Below, piece after piece: positions 24,877 to 39,300 of a DNA stretch of 64,000 nucleotides; the first letter of the stretch is position 1, and every line of letters begins with the position of its first letter. Below the pieces are notes generated by a model that was not told where the DNA came from, did not search any database, and worked only from the letters and a program-made list of their open reading frames with translations. The position numbers and the translations under genes are program-made. This DNA comes from Octopus sinensis. Lineage: Eukaryota. The stretch spans positions 61,938,001 through 62,002,000 of the forward strand of contig NC_043006.1 of assembly GCF_006345805.1 (NCBI RefSeq), in the 5' to 3' direction.

Positions 24877-26431
24877 TAGAATGTGATCGCATACTAGCCT
24901 ACTAAGTTAAGTTTCTTTCGCATACAACACTTCTTAAAATACAGATATACCTTATGTCCCCAAAACGTCCTCTCATTTATATGGAGGTAACTGGCAGACG
25001 GATATTTCCAACTTATTGACATGGACAATGAAACCCAACAAAAAGTTTTAATTCCGACTAAAATCCTCATATGAATGTATGTATGTATGCCTAGATATAT
25101 GTATGTATGTATGTATGTATATATGTATGTATGCAGGCATGTATTTATCAATAATCAATTTTCAGTTGCATTTCATTTACAATATTTTGATTTCAATTTG
25201 ATTACATATATTCAATGCGTTTACTACATGTATTACAATCTAAACATCATTTAGTAGAATATATTCAAACTGAGATATTACTATATTAAAGATTTTGCCG
25301 TAGATTAATATATTGGTTTTAATTTGTTCTTCCCTGTTCATTTAGTTTTCTTTTTATCTCACTAACTTCAATTTTCCTCAAATTTTGGGGTCAAATAGCG
25401 TTAAACATCCTGTTTCTCATTTTGACAATATGGCAAGGCGTTAATAGAAAAATCTATGAAAAATATGTTAAATCAAGACACTTGTTACTTTCTCGTGCTC
25501 ACAGGTTCCGGAATACATTTGAGTTTATCGCTTTAGTCTTATATGCGATATACACAGGTAGAAAAGCAATACACATATATATACGCACGTGCGCGTGGGT
25601 GTATGTTTGTGTACACTATGTACATATAGATACACACACACACACAATATATATATATATATATTTAGATTTTTTGATTTTTCCAGTTTCAGCTAATGAG
25701 CTGTGGCCATGCTGGGGCACCGCCATTATATATATATAAAATCAAAATAAGGGTGAAAAAAAATGGATATTAATTTAATAACACCAATTTAACACCAAGT
25801 GGTTTAGCGCATAAAAATCTGAGATCCAGTAAATATTAATACACATATATGAGAGAGAATCCACTATGTGGACGCTCTTACGCTAAAAATAGATCCGCAA
25901 TGGTCCCAACCACTAAGAATTGTTCTCAAGAAAAATTTAGCACAACTATAAACGTAAGCGAGCAGGTCAAATGAAAAATAACAAAAATATAGATTAACCC
26001 CAGACAATTGTTTCACTGTTATGCAATTTTACTTACACAATAAGGATAAATGTATAACGATAAATGTATATTAATATATTTTTGCAAGATACTATTTTAT
26101 ATAATTATTTTTGCATAGATTCAACAGAAAATATTATTAAAAAACGAATCGCAAACAATGGATATATTTTTAGAAATAGAGATATGTTTAACAGTAGTAT
26201 ATTGAGTAACTTCATGTAGAAGTTATAGGATACTAATCAACTGAACAACATTGATCAGAAATATTTATTCATGATAGATCGTACAAAATTAATGATGCCA
26301 GATGTAACCTATTAGTAGACGAATTATAGCAGATCTTAAATTCTGAGAAGAAATTACTTAATGAAAAACGTGAGCGCGTTCTATCTTGTACATATTATTC
26401 TCAATATGCAGTTAGAAAATTGTAATAAGTG

Positions 26432-26497
<66 letters not shown>

Positions 26498-26674
26498 TGT
26501 ATGTATGTATATGTGTATATGTATTATTGTGTATATTTGTATGGCTATGTGTTTTGTGTATCTATATCTAATGCTATATACCTAACGTTATGTATGTTTA
26601 TTTGTGTGTATATCTGTATGAATATGTAATTTATTATATATATATATAATAATTTATACACATCTCTCTCTATA

Positions 26675-26713
<39 letters not shown>

Positions 26714-26714
26714 G

Positions 26715-26832
26715 TTTATTTTATAGAAGGAGCTTCTACAGGACTAGAACTGTTTTATTCAAATGAAATCATCGATGATTTCATTTGAATGAAACAGTTC
26801 TAGTCCTGTAGAAGCTCCTTCTATAAAATAAA
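26715..26832. repeat. 118-bp spacerless palindrome with 1 mismatch
   Basis: TTTATTTTATAGAAGGAGC...TCATC|GATGA...GCTCCTTCTATAAAATAAA. Confidence 0.97.
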
Positions 26833-26901
26833 TTAATTTACTCTGCCATGTATTAAGTACCTTATTTACTGTGGTTAACCCCGACTCAACCCGGGACCTA
26901 C

Positions 26902-26950
<49 letters not shown>

Positions 26951-26951
<1 letters not shown>

Positions 26952-27149
26952 TTATTCTTTTATTTGTTTCACTTATTTGACTGCGGCCATGAGGTCGAAC
27001 AAATCCACCCAAGAATTATTATTTGTGCACCTTGTAGTTATTCTATGGGTCTCTTTACACGAACTGCTAAGTTACTAGGACGTAGACACACCACCAGCCG
27101 TTGTGAAGCGATGGTGGGGACACGCACACACGCACAAACACACACACAC

Positions 27150-27202
<53 letters not shown>

Positions 27203-27358
27203 CATACATATATACGCCGGGCCTCTTTCAGTTTGCTCTACTAAATCCACTACAAAGGCTTTGGTCGGCCCAAGGGTATATCACTTGCCCAAGGTTCCGC
27301 GCAGTGGGACGGAACCCGGAATCATGTGGTTTGTAAGGAAGCGACTGGCCACTCAGCC
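26951..27358 (-). mobile_element. tRNA-derived SINE
   Basis: Matches the 51507-51924 family (GACTGCGGCCATG...GGCTTTGGTCGGCCC...GCAGTGGGACGGAACCCGG). Confidence 0.8.
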
Positions 27359-28479
27359 TTTCATATACAATATGTATATATTTTTGTGTATATTGCAATG
27401 TTCGAATTCTGAAAGGCATAGTGGTCTTTAAATATGTATATTGTTATTTATAGTTCATTATATCTTTATCTAACAAATAATATGAATTATCGTTATCGTA
27501 GATCTATGTTTTTTTGGTTTATTTCAATTTACGGAGAACTCTCTTCGATGAACTACGTAAATAATGCTCAGCATTTGTAAGTTACTTTGAATAAACCTTA
27601 TATCAAGAAAAATATATATGAGAGGGGTTACATATTATACATGCATAATTTATATATATTTTTGAGTAATCATAAATATATAAAAAGTACCACATATAAA
27701 TAAATAGGTGATATGCTAGAAAAGCATCTCTCGAAATGTATAGGCATATTTATAAATTAAATATTGATATATACGATTTATCTGTATATAAAACTAAATA
27801 AAGATATAACGTTTTATTTCTTTATATATTTATATATTATTAAGTATAACTCTCATACTTTATTTATTTATGTATTTATATATTTATATTTTATTATTAT
27901 CATTGTTGTTGTTGTTTTTGTTGTTGCTGCTATTGTTGTTGTTATTATTTATCATTACATATGCCAGTGAACAATTCGATTTAAATACATTTATATTAAT
28001 ATTATTCGAGATATATAAAAACATTTTACCGTTATACATCTTTCTTCATTTAATTATTTTAACCATTTAAATTTTGGTGTTTTTCTATGTTACTTGTGTT
28101 AACTCTCACGCACTTAAACATAGGTATTTTGAATCAATATATTGCAACCTGGTATTCCTTTTACATGGAACTTCGTGCATATTTTGAAACAAGGACTTGA
28201 AGAGACTTGTATACATAGATATGAATTTTTTGTAAGTTAAATAATGTATATAAGTCGTAACAAATATTTGGCTTTATGTCATTTTTTAAATGCTTATCTT
28301 ACCTTTGCTTATATCTTGATATCAGATCACCATGTCGCACACATATGGTTGTGATGCATGTACCTGGTGTACCCTTATCAGACGAGTAGTCATGATGGGT
28401 ATACTGGGCCACGTATATTTTACCCCTGTTCTGTAGTAAGATAATAATAATAATAATAATGATGATGATGATGATGATG

Positions 28480-28545
<66 letters not shown>

Positions 28546-28659
28546 CGAAATACAATATTTACCACTTTTATGAAAGGAGATAAATTCTAGTACATATGTT
28601 GAAGGAAAGTAAGAACTCCTTGATAAACAACATTCTTTGTGTTATTGTGGTTTGAATCA

Positions 28660-29195
28660 TAGACAAACATGTTTTGCAAACTACCTATCCTGGAGTAACC
28701 GATATGGAGTTGACCATGAGAAAAGCAAGCCAGTAGATTTCAAAAACTAACCTTGAGCGTTATTGATAAAGTCACACAGGCTATTGTGTCCGTTTGAATG
28801 CAAATGGCATGTCTGTTGGTTTGATTGGAATACTTGGAATGAAAACTTCTTCCCCCTGAGGCACACCCAGTATTGATCGTAGGTTCTTTCACATTAGGTG
28901 ATAATGTCTTCAAAATCAACCTTGCATAATTTAGGAGTATCTAAATTTCTTAGAAGCAATATTAAGACTCCTACCTTCAGAAAAGTTTACTTGGAAGAGT
29001 TTCAGGTGGCTCAAGCGAATTAAGGAACTTTGTTTGTACTTCTCAATGACTGAAGCATTAGCAAGGATTAACCATGAGTTAATGAATAAGATTAATACAT
29101 GGTACAGCCTCATTTTTCGGAACAAGGATTGTTTCATTCACACAACCACTTATGTGACTTACAATTATTACTTAAGTGTGGAAATACACTGTTCT
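28660..29195 (-). mobile_element. Helitron-type PIF1 helicase C-terminal relic
   Basis: Reading across frameshifts: VFPHLSNNCKSHKWLCE*TILVPKNEAV...FLNSLEPP..LKVGVLILLLRNLDTPKLC..LILKTLSPNV..GEEVFIPSIPIKPTDMPFAFKR...HGQLHIGYSRIGS. Confidence 0.8.
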
Positions 29196-29199
29196 TCAA

Positions 29200-29830
29200 T
29201 ACAGCTGGAGAATTCACCATGATAGCAATATGAGCAAAATGATGTCACGATTACCACCAAATACCCCAATATGAGGAGCCAGGTTGAAAACCGTTTCGCA
29301 CATTGGTACCCATATAATAAAGCTCGAACGTTAGAATTGAAGGGGAATTTGAGCACTTTATGCCATATGTACGAATGCTTAATGCATGCTTTTCTTTCAT
29401 CAGATCTTGTTCGTTTCGGAATGACTGATAATGTCTGTCTTAAGTCTCCTGATAAAACTAATGTGATTCCTCAAATTCATATAATGTTGCCTTTGATGTC
29501 CTCTAAGGTTTTATCAAGAGCTTCCATTGCACCTCTATGTGACATGGGGAATTCATGTCAAATGATAATGCGGCATTGGTACAGCACTTCTGCTGAACCT
29601 GAATCTTTGCTTATGTTTCAAATTGGACTGTCATTTGTGACCAGGTTTAGTGGTAATTGAAAAGCAGAATAACCTGGGTGCATTGTCCCAGCAACGCCAG
29701 ACAAAGCTACAGCTACTGCAATTCTTTTTTTATTGCCTAAACTTTGGGAGAAGCAATGTTGTTACAAATGTTTTATCTGGGCCACCAAAAGCATCAAGAA
29801 AGAAAATTCTGCTTTTTACTGGTGATTGGG
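29200..29830 (-). mobile_element. Decayed Ty3/Gypsy integrase relic
   Basis: Patchy similarity: FLDAF..WP (VDAFSKWPE-like), LPLNLVTND (LPE.LVTDN-like), SPCH. Confidence 0.45.
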
Positions 29831-29852
29831 TAACGCCTCACACACGCAGTTA

Positions 29853-29891
<39 letters not shown>

Positions 29892-30472
29892 ATACAGATA
29901 CATACACTATCAACCATCAACTTAAATGGACGTATGTGTGTGTGAGAGAGACGAGGAGAGTGAATAAAGAGGTGTGTTGACATGTAAACGTACATTAAAA
30001 AATAAAAATAAGCATACGCCTTCTTTTGTATGTATATGTACATGTGTGAGAGAGAGTGAGAGCGAGTGAGAGAGAGTGTGTGTGAGAGAGAGAGAGCGAG
30101 TGAGAGAGAGAGAGTGTGTGTCACTTAGTCATCACTCTCTCTGTGATTCTCTGACACACACGCACACACACTTAGTAAAAATATGTATGCATATGTACGT
30201 ATAATGACGACACATCTCTTCACTCACTCACACACACACACACACACACACACATACTTAAATGTCTACAAATGTACAAACAGAAACACACGTGCGTGTG
30301 TGTCACATGTTACAATTACATAGAGCTGAACACGGAGTGCAAAAAGTAAATAAATTGTACGGAAAATAACGAAGTGTACGAGTTTAAGCAAAAAAATGCC
30401 CATATTTTTTGGACACCTCATGTTGAATTGAAATATTTCAATGTGATATTTGTGTAATAACGAAATTAAACC

Positions 30473-30518
<46 letters not shown>

Positions 30519-30933
30519 TTGAGAGAGAGTGAGAGAGAGAAAGTGACAAACAGACAGAAAACAGTGCAAATTTGTGAACTTAGCATTTCTTTCGGGGATT
30601 TACCTTCATTAATTTATCGTAGATGTTTACAAATTGCGAATTAATGAAAATATTTATATTAGAGAGTAAGCGACCGGAAGTTGACATGGAAAAACCTTTT
30701 TAAAGAGGTGAATCATAAATATAAAGCAATTTTATATATTTTTAATAAATTTATTTTTGATAATATTTATTTTTAATTAATAATAATAATAAATAAATAA
30801 ACTGAGGAGCTTTTTAAGTATCGGAGGTCAAATTATCCCTGCATCCTAAGTATGGAAGCAATTCGTGCAGCTGTTTTCGCGAGAAAATTCAACATACAGA
30901 GATGTCTATTTTATATAGTAAGGGCTATATATG

Positions 30934-30972
<39 letters not shown>

Positions 30973-30975
<3 letters not shown>

Positions 30976-32170
30976 TATTAGAGACAAAACCACTATTTTG
31001 CAAAACAAACAAGGAAAGACTTAATCAATACATAAAATTTTAATAAATAGTCAAAAAAACCGCCACTACAATTGTTTCTTGTCTTGATCGACAATCTTCA
31101 GGTGGACTTCCAATCTAAAATATCAATATTTTAAAATATAAAATAATAATTTTAAATAATTAAGGTACGAATGAAAAAATATAATATATAATCCATATAT
31201 AACCTATATATAATCCATATATAATCAATATATAAACAATATATAAACTAAAATAAACCTATTAACAATTAAATATAAAATATAAAATATAAAATATAAA
31301 ATATAAAACAAAACAAAAAATAATAATAATATAATAATAAACTATATATACACCCATACACATATAACTAATTATATATAACCATATCTAACTACATACA
31401 CTAAATCACACACCTATATATATATCCCTATACATACACATAAAAACGTCTAGGCAACTATAAATAAATAAAATAGCTAAATACTTCAACACAATACTTA
31501 TTCATACTCCCACACACACACATACAACCCACATTCACGCTCTAGAAAACGGACATCACTTAAAATTATGAACGGAGAAATGGAATAAATGGAATTAAAA
31601 ATTATATTCACTTGGTAAAACGAACACTACTTAAAAATTATGAATGAAACAATGCAATAAAACAACAGACATCGCAAATAGACACAAATTACTACGAATT
31701 CCTTAACAAACCTACCATGATAAACCAAAACTCATAAAAACATATAATGATAAAATCTCCCTTTACTAAACTCTATAACATACCTATATAGCAATCCCCC
31801 TAACCTAAACATTCACACACGAATACACACACGTAAACCACACACCCACGACATATACAAATACCCACACCACTTACACATACCTATACATACATATAAA
31901 CCTCAACATATACTCCAAAAACCCACTCAACCCCACACAGACAAATAAACACAAAAATTATGAATGGATTCTTTTATAAAACTACCATGATAAGCTAAAA
32001 CTCACAAAAACATAAATGATAAACCTCCCTTTACTAAACACTATAACATACTTATATAGCAATCCCTTTAACCTATACATTCACACACAAATACACACAC
32101 GTAAACCACACACCCATAACAAATACAAACACCCACCCCACTCACACACACCCACAAGTACATATATATA
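30973..32170 (-). mobile_element. PLE-like terminal module (HHR plus conserved flank) followed by a G-poor, A/C-rich region with a 270-bp internal duplication
   Basis: ATTAGAGACAAAACCACTATTTTGCAAAAC module shared with about 20845 and 50307. ACCATGATAA repeats at 31714 and 31984. Confidence 0.6.
31063..31105 (-). ncRNA. Minimal type-I hammerhead ribozyme, intact core
   Basis: Minus strand: CCAC CUGAAGA UUGUC-GAUCAA-GACAA GAAA CAAUUG UA GUGG. Confidence 0.9.
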
Positions 32171-32699
32171 TACCAAACTTATCACGGGTTACATATCTTG
32201 TAGGGTTTTACCTCCTCCAGCGACTGCGACTCGGCATGTACTTCCAGCTATCTACGAAGTTCTATATAGGGAAAACGCTCTCTCAGTGGCTGTGGGCCTT
32301 ACCAAACCAGCTTTTGACAAAACCAGAAAGGGCATGCATAACCTCTTTCAAAACTTTAAAGTATATATCACTTCGAAAAATAAAAATAAAATAGTTCATA
32401 AAATAGACGTTACGTTGATTTAAATTATTCTTTATATTAACCTTATCATAAGCGAAACTAATATCTAAAATATATAGATTACATGTTAATCACTATAAAT
32501 CTATTTTTAATCGATTATTTCTCTTAAATCTCTTTTTAATCAATTAGAATTTCGGATCTGTCCGCAACTATGGAGATATTCCATAAGCATGCCACCGATT
32601 ACATTAGACACTTTCAACTAGCGGCTTTTCACACAATAACATCATACGTTTCTAACACTAGTCTTAAGAACTATCTATCTCTGCCACGCCCTCATTCAA

Positions 32700-33935
32700 C
32701 ATACCATAATAGCATGAATGCAACACACCCAACAGCGGATAGCGCTCTATGCGAACAGCAAGATTATAGCCATGCACAATGTAGCCGTCCCAGTTATAAG
32801 TTACAGCTACAATATTCTTAATTGGACTCTAAATGAACTAACGAAACTAGACAGGAGAGCAAGAAAAATACTGACAGTATCTAAGATGCACCTCTTAATA
32901 TCTGACAGAAAGTTTATATATACAAAGCATCGAAGGTGGTAGATGCCTTATACAGCTAGAAAACTATTTTAAAATAAACATCACAGACTTCCAGAAATAT
33001 GCAGTTCAGATGGGAGAGAATGTGGTACAAATAGCCACAAACACGAGCAAAACATAAACGGTTTTCTGTCGTTAAGGAAGCTGAAAAATATAACGAAGAA
33101 TTCATAGTAACCTGACAACCATGAAAAAACAGAGGAAACAACACAAGTCGTAAACTAACTGAAATCCAGACTAAAACTGGTTCAACAAAATATGATTAAA
33201 CGATGGCAAGAAAAGCCCATACGTGGCAAATATTAGGATAAGCTAAACAAAAAAGAAACAAACTAAAATTCCAACAATACCTGAAAGCCGAGATTGAAAT
33301 ACTTTTATTTGCAGCACAACATCAAAGCCTCCCCACCAGAAATCACCAGAAACATAATAAAGAAAAATACAAGTAACTACGGAATATGTGGTGATGGGAA
33401 AGAAACAATATATCCAAATGTCTCTGGCTGCCCAGTCCTGATTATGAAGGAATATATTCACATACATACTAATGTTGCGACTTATATACACTAGAAGATA
33501 TGCCAAAACTATGGAATGACAAGAGAAGAAATAAGGTATAGGCACACCTCAGAAATGGTTGTGGAAAATGACAAAGCGATCATGTACTGGGATATGCCAA
33601 TACATATAGAGAAATCAAAGCTAATAGACCGGATATAGTTGTCAATGATCACCAATAGAAAATGCTTTCTAATCGGTGTATTAATACCAGCAGGTACCAA
33701 TGCACCTCTAAAAGAAACGGAGTAAGTGAAAATACAGGGATCTTGATATAGAGGTAACTCGAATGTGGAACATAAAAACAGAAACAATTCTTATAATAAC
33801 TTATAATTTACCTATGCCATAGGTAAATTAAGTATGATTACAAACAAATTCAGAAAAATATATAACTAAAACAACAGGACCTACAAAATTGTATAACATA
33901 CAGAAAATAACACTACTTGATCCCGCGCACATCGT
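32700..33935 (+). mobile_element. Decayed R4/Dong-like LINE, 3' half
   Basis: KIIAMHNVAVPVISYSYNILNWTLNELTKLDRRARKILT...VVENDKAIMYWDMPI...IKANRPDIVV (RLE domain). Confidence 0.85.
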
Positions 33936-35433
33936 ACTTTTCACTATATAACTAAATTTAATTAAATGTCCTTGTCAATACTTACAATTTGCTTGCCACT
34001 CCAGTTTACTATAACCTATATGTGTATATGTGTATCCGTGTGTGAGTGTGTGCGCGCGTATATCTATGTATGTAAGTGTGTGTTTGTGTGCGTGTGTGTG
34101 TGTGTGTTACATATTTGTGTACTGGGGTTGGTATGCTTGTGTTTATGCATGATTGACAAATTTTTACGTGTCATTTTCTTGTGTGATTCTTCGTTTGTTC
34201 CCGAGATAGCTTATATGACTATAACCGCACATGCATACAGAATTGCAATAATTCTTCTGAATAATCAGAGCTACATGATAATGGCAATTCAGGACTGAGT
34301 AGAACTGTATAAGAGGAAATATATTCGAAAGTAAAATATCTATATTGTTGTTATTTATTCTGAGTATGGATTACAGATACAATATCATATTTCAATAACG
34401 CTTTTCATAATATAACATATACATTTCGATTTTCATTATAAAGTGGTTTCAGGCTGTTTTACATTTTTGCTGCTTTAAAATTACACTTTGTCTATTTTTT
34501 TTTGTTCTAGCATGTTTTATGGTGTTAAACATTTAATCTCAGCAGTCCTGTCAAATGTGTCTCAGAATACAAGGTTACAGTAGCCACATAATCGTATTTA
34601 GATTGGATGGAAATCCGCTTTCAATTCAATAAATCTTACATAGCTATATGTCCTCAGATTGATCTACTTTGATATATTAACTTTTTATTCCAACTGTTTA
34701 CAGTAAGAACAAAACAAAGACAGGCGTCTCTGTAAATCCATCACATATGTTTTTCAATATTAGTCAATGCGGTTTTGCAGTTTGTTGCAGTTTCCTTGAT
34801 TGGTATCGATGGTTTCCTTCTAATGGATGTTAAATAAAGTAATCTTTTATGATAATGAAAACACCCATGAACTCTCTCTCTCACAATCTCCCGCTCTTTT
34901 AAACACCTTCACATATTTACTCACATCCACAAAAACACACGCATACAACAAATCACAGAAGCTAATATATATGTACATGTGTGTGTATCTATGTGTGTCT
35001 GTGTGTGTGCCTGCGTGTGTGTATGTGTGTGTGTGTGTGTGTGTGAGTTTCATTATGAGACCATACTGAATGGCCGAAGGCATTCTATATACAAGGAAGT
35101 CAGTTTGAATAATTATTTTTATACTTGCTTCAGCTTTAACGTAATTCACAGTAGAAACGTAAGTTTTCACTACAAATCTGGAAAATAATTGAGGTTTAAT
35201 GGCATTAATTGTGAGTGATATTTCTAAGGTTTCAAATATCTTAGTACTAGATGAAAGTGGTCGTGTTAGGGAATGCCGGAGGTGGTATTGCATTTATGAT
35301 CAACAATATTCTTGTAGATGATTTCTTACTGCATTGTCTATTGAAAATGTAAAATCGATCGTGAGCTAGTGTTCCTAATCGTGAGGCTAGTGCTCTTGAT
35401 CTTGCCTTCACACTTTCTCCTTCTGTCTGTCTG

Positions 35434-35464
<31 letters not shown>

Positions 35465-36241
35465 TTCTCTCTCTCTCGCCCTCTTGCATTCCTAGCCTGT
35501 CTCCTTTTTACCCCTGCACCCTTCCCCTGTCTTCTCTCTATCGCTCACTTTTTCCCCCTCTCTTGCTTTCTTTCCACTCTCCCTCCTGCTTTCCTTTTTT
35601 CCTTCCCTTTTCACCCCGGTCGCGTGGCTGACTGGTCGCAAATTCTCTGTCTCACTGCTGTCTAGCCTTTAGGATATCTTTTAAGCGTCACCCATCATTC
35701 TTGTATTTTTGGCCCTGAGTCTATATTTTGCTCCTTCCTTATTTATGTCGTCTCTGTCCATTGACTTAAATCATATCTATTCTCTTTCGTATGTCTGCTC
35801 AGTAATGTTTTGTTTGTTTGCTCTCGGCCCTATATTATTCGCAACTCTCGCTGGCACCGCCAGTATTGGAGGGTCTCCGTCTTATCATTAATGGTGCGAA
35901 GCTCAGTATTATCATTTAGTTGGTAACTGATGAAGAATGAGAGACGTTCTGTGTCGGTCTCTAGTCTGGTTGTACACTTAGTATACGTTATGTTATTTGT
36001 TTATTTACCATACATCATACATTCTTTTCATTTTTAATTTACATATATATATATGTATATATATATTTTATATCAGATCGGCAACATTCGTCAATTTCTT
36101 GAAAATATTGAATAAAAGGTAAGTCTACAGAAAGTCACATATTTGTTTTCTTGTGATTTACCTCGCATTTTTTCCATTGTTTTGGCCTTAGCCATGTTTT
36201 TCATTCAATGTATTCTACACAGTGATTCATAGTAATTATTC

Positions 36242-36318
<77 letters not shown>

Positions 36319-39300
36319 AGGGAAAGTTTACGAAAATAAAAGACGAAGGCAGAAAGATACACAGAAAGATACACAGATAAAAACAAGGAGAGAAACAAGG
36401 AGATAAAAAAATGCGTGTAGGAGCTAACGATCTATCATAGCGTCCTGACTTCGGACAATGGTCAGACGCGAGAGGGAGAGTAGGGGAGATAACAGGGTCA
36501 AGTGACTTCCAATGCAAAGGTGCCCCCAACACAAACGTGTGTGTGTGTATAAGAGAGTATGTATGTGCGTGTGAAAGAGGGCTGGTGGTCTGGACGTGTG
36601 TGTATATGTATGTGTGGGTGTGGAGATGTGGCGATGGGTGTGTGGGTGATGTGCTGTGATGTGATGTGTAATGTTGTATGGTGTAGTGTACTGTGGTGTG
36701 TTGTTGTGGGGAGGTGGGGGAGGCGAGAGTGGGGAAGCACAGGTGGGGGTGGGTTCGGCTGGGGGTTGGGGTAGGAATTGTTTGGAATACGTTGCGATTA
36801 CATTTGACCATTAAACATATGTATGGTAGTTAAAACGATCTCTGTGTGGAAACATACAAATTTGTAAGCACAGTGACGTCAATACTGGCACAGTATTCCA
36901 ATTCTTCGGGCTGCCATTTGCATGTTTTGCTTCTTAAGAAGTTCATCTTTTTTGTTGCTAGCATTTTACTGATGTAGCATATTGTGGTTGATGTTGCATT
37001 TCTTATGCAATTTGGAGCAACAGCTACACTGTGATAAAATTATGAGTGTCTAAATAACGCGTAAAGAAATTTAATTCAATATTACCTTTTGATGATATTG
37101 TCAAGGGTAGCAAATACAATACCCAATGTGCCACCACGAGGTTTTAAAGGGACACATTATTTCTCATTTGTTTTTTGCGGTTTGATACTGAACACCAATA
37201 GTTAACTTCTTAGTGCAGGACTCATATTATACTTTACTGCACACACTATGTCCTCGCCGTCCCATCTATTATACTTGACGTGTTGATACTACATTCCATG
37301 AGTAATGAGCCACTGTAGATCAACCATGGAATAACTACAATTTTGGGCAAACCACTATCGTGAAATTAATATATTTATCAAATTTAGCAGTTCAAAACTC
37401 AGTATTGAAATGCAGAATTAGGTACACCTGAATCTGGAATCACAAATATGACAGAATTTTGTAATAACACCAGTATATTGCTTTATGTGATCAAAAGCAT
37501 GAAGTGCCACAAAATCTCCCATTCATTTATAATAATTTCAGGAATAAATCATATTGACAAAAGTCCGTGTTCATTGGTATTCGAGAGTTATTCATAAACA
37601 TATACTTGCCGGTTGTTGATGGAATGATAAAGTAAAATCTACTTATTGATGGACAACAGAAATGCCGCTTTATTATTAAAAAAAAAAAACATTCATTATC
37701 TTTAAAATGGTTTCATATCTAAAGTAACTATACCTACAAAATTATTCTACATCAATATGTGAAAATTTCACGAAATGCGTCATATCCCTCTTTCGCAATT
37801 TTATTTCAATTTAGTCAACTGATGCAGTTTGTTGACTTTTTCATATGTTGAGTTCCTTTATATATGTATACTCTTCGCACAGAAATACCCCAAGTGCAGC
37901 ATTTTCATAGTAGTTTACCAGTGTTATTTACTTTTAAAAGTATATTTGCAACAGTAGTTGCATGGGAGGTTTTATAATGCTGTATGTTAGATACCAAAAA
38001 ATAGTACGACACCGAAGACAGAAAATATGGCTGCATATAATCAAATAGGTACATCGCTATCTGTTTTATACAGTATTAATATTGGGAAACCACACATCGA
38101 TGATGCGATTACTAACCTTCATCGCGCACGAATCTACATAAAACTATCTTCGGATATTAAAGTTGTTATAATACATACGACTAACATAAAATCCTCGTTA
38201 ATTCCTTGCAATATACAGAGCTTTATTTTCAATTTAATTGCCTTTCGCATTTGCATTCAATAGACTAGCGCATCTGCAAATTAAAAAAAAAACAAAACAA
38301 CTTTAAACTTTCCTCGAGACCACACTGAAGTATATTAACATTCATTATTAAAAACATATGAACATAGTTCATCTGGAATGAAAATCTCAATTTCATGGAA
38401 TCTGAATTCTCGGGCAGTTTTGGAGATTATTGAAAATATTCAAAAATATTATGCAAGGAACTAAAAGCACCTAAAATGCTAATACATTACTGTCAGGTAT
38501 AAATATTTACAAATGATATATCGTTCTGCGTGAAACTCGCAGCCATAAAACTGCTGGATATGTATATTAGTTCAACATGAATGGAGAAAGAGTAGCATAA
38601 GACACAAACACAAAGTATAAATATACGCGTAAAATTTATGATACAGAAAAGGATTATGAAAAATGCATGTATGCAAAATACATCTGTATCCCTTTTTGGC
38701 AAGATACGAAATACAAATAAACTGCAAGTAAATTAAATCTGAGTAAGTCATAAGAATTTTAGTGTAGAATTATGTATAAGGTTCAGTTGAATATTCTCGT
38801 TATATTAAATGAAACGCTCTTAGAAATGAAAATGTCCTTGATATATATTGTTGAACGAACCATTATAGAAATTCAATTTCTTCAAAATATTTTGAATGTG
38901 GTTGAGTATTTGGTGGCCGCAGAAACATGATTTCATTCATTATCTTAGATATGTTACTATTTCTTTACTAGATTAATATTTTCGTTGCTCTGTTAAAAGT
39001 ATATCGATTAATGTTTCAAAACTTAAATGCGCAAGAAGAGGGTAACTTAAATGTAAACATTCTAGATTATTATCAGAGTTCCTTCTTGTCAACTCTATGA
39101 ACTAAAGCCATGCATTAGTAAAACCGAAATCACAAGATACACTACGAATAAAAAAATACACTGACGATTCCAAACGATATGATCTCAAGTGAGAAACAAT
39201 ACCAGATAGATGGATGGCATTTTGAGTGCGTAGCGGCAAATGTATTTACTCTTAGGCGAAAATAATTCCATATATTTTTTATAAGGGATACAATTATATG

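Noticed and set aside
32200-32340. Locally GC-rich patch with a PTATERAFSL (hAT SERxFS-like) reading
   Set aside because: A single short motif is not enough to call an element.
36430-36460. GCGTC..GACGC hairpin that might be a deleted hammerhead
   Set aside because: It would need a multi-base deletion to restore the core; too speculative.
36830-37700. Possible Helitron Rep or MULE/SWIM transposase reading on the minus strand
   Set aside because: Only scattered 3-5 residue matches that fit different families, and part of the region matches the 42.8-kb repeat.
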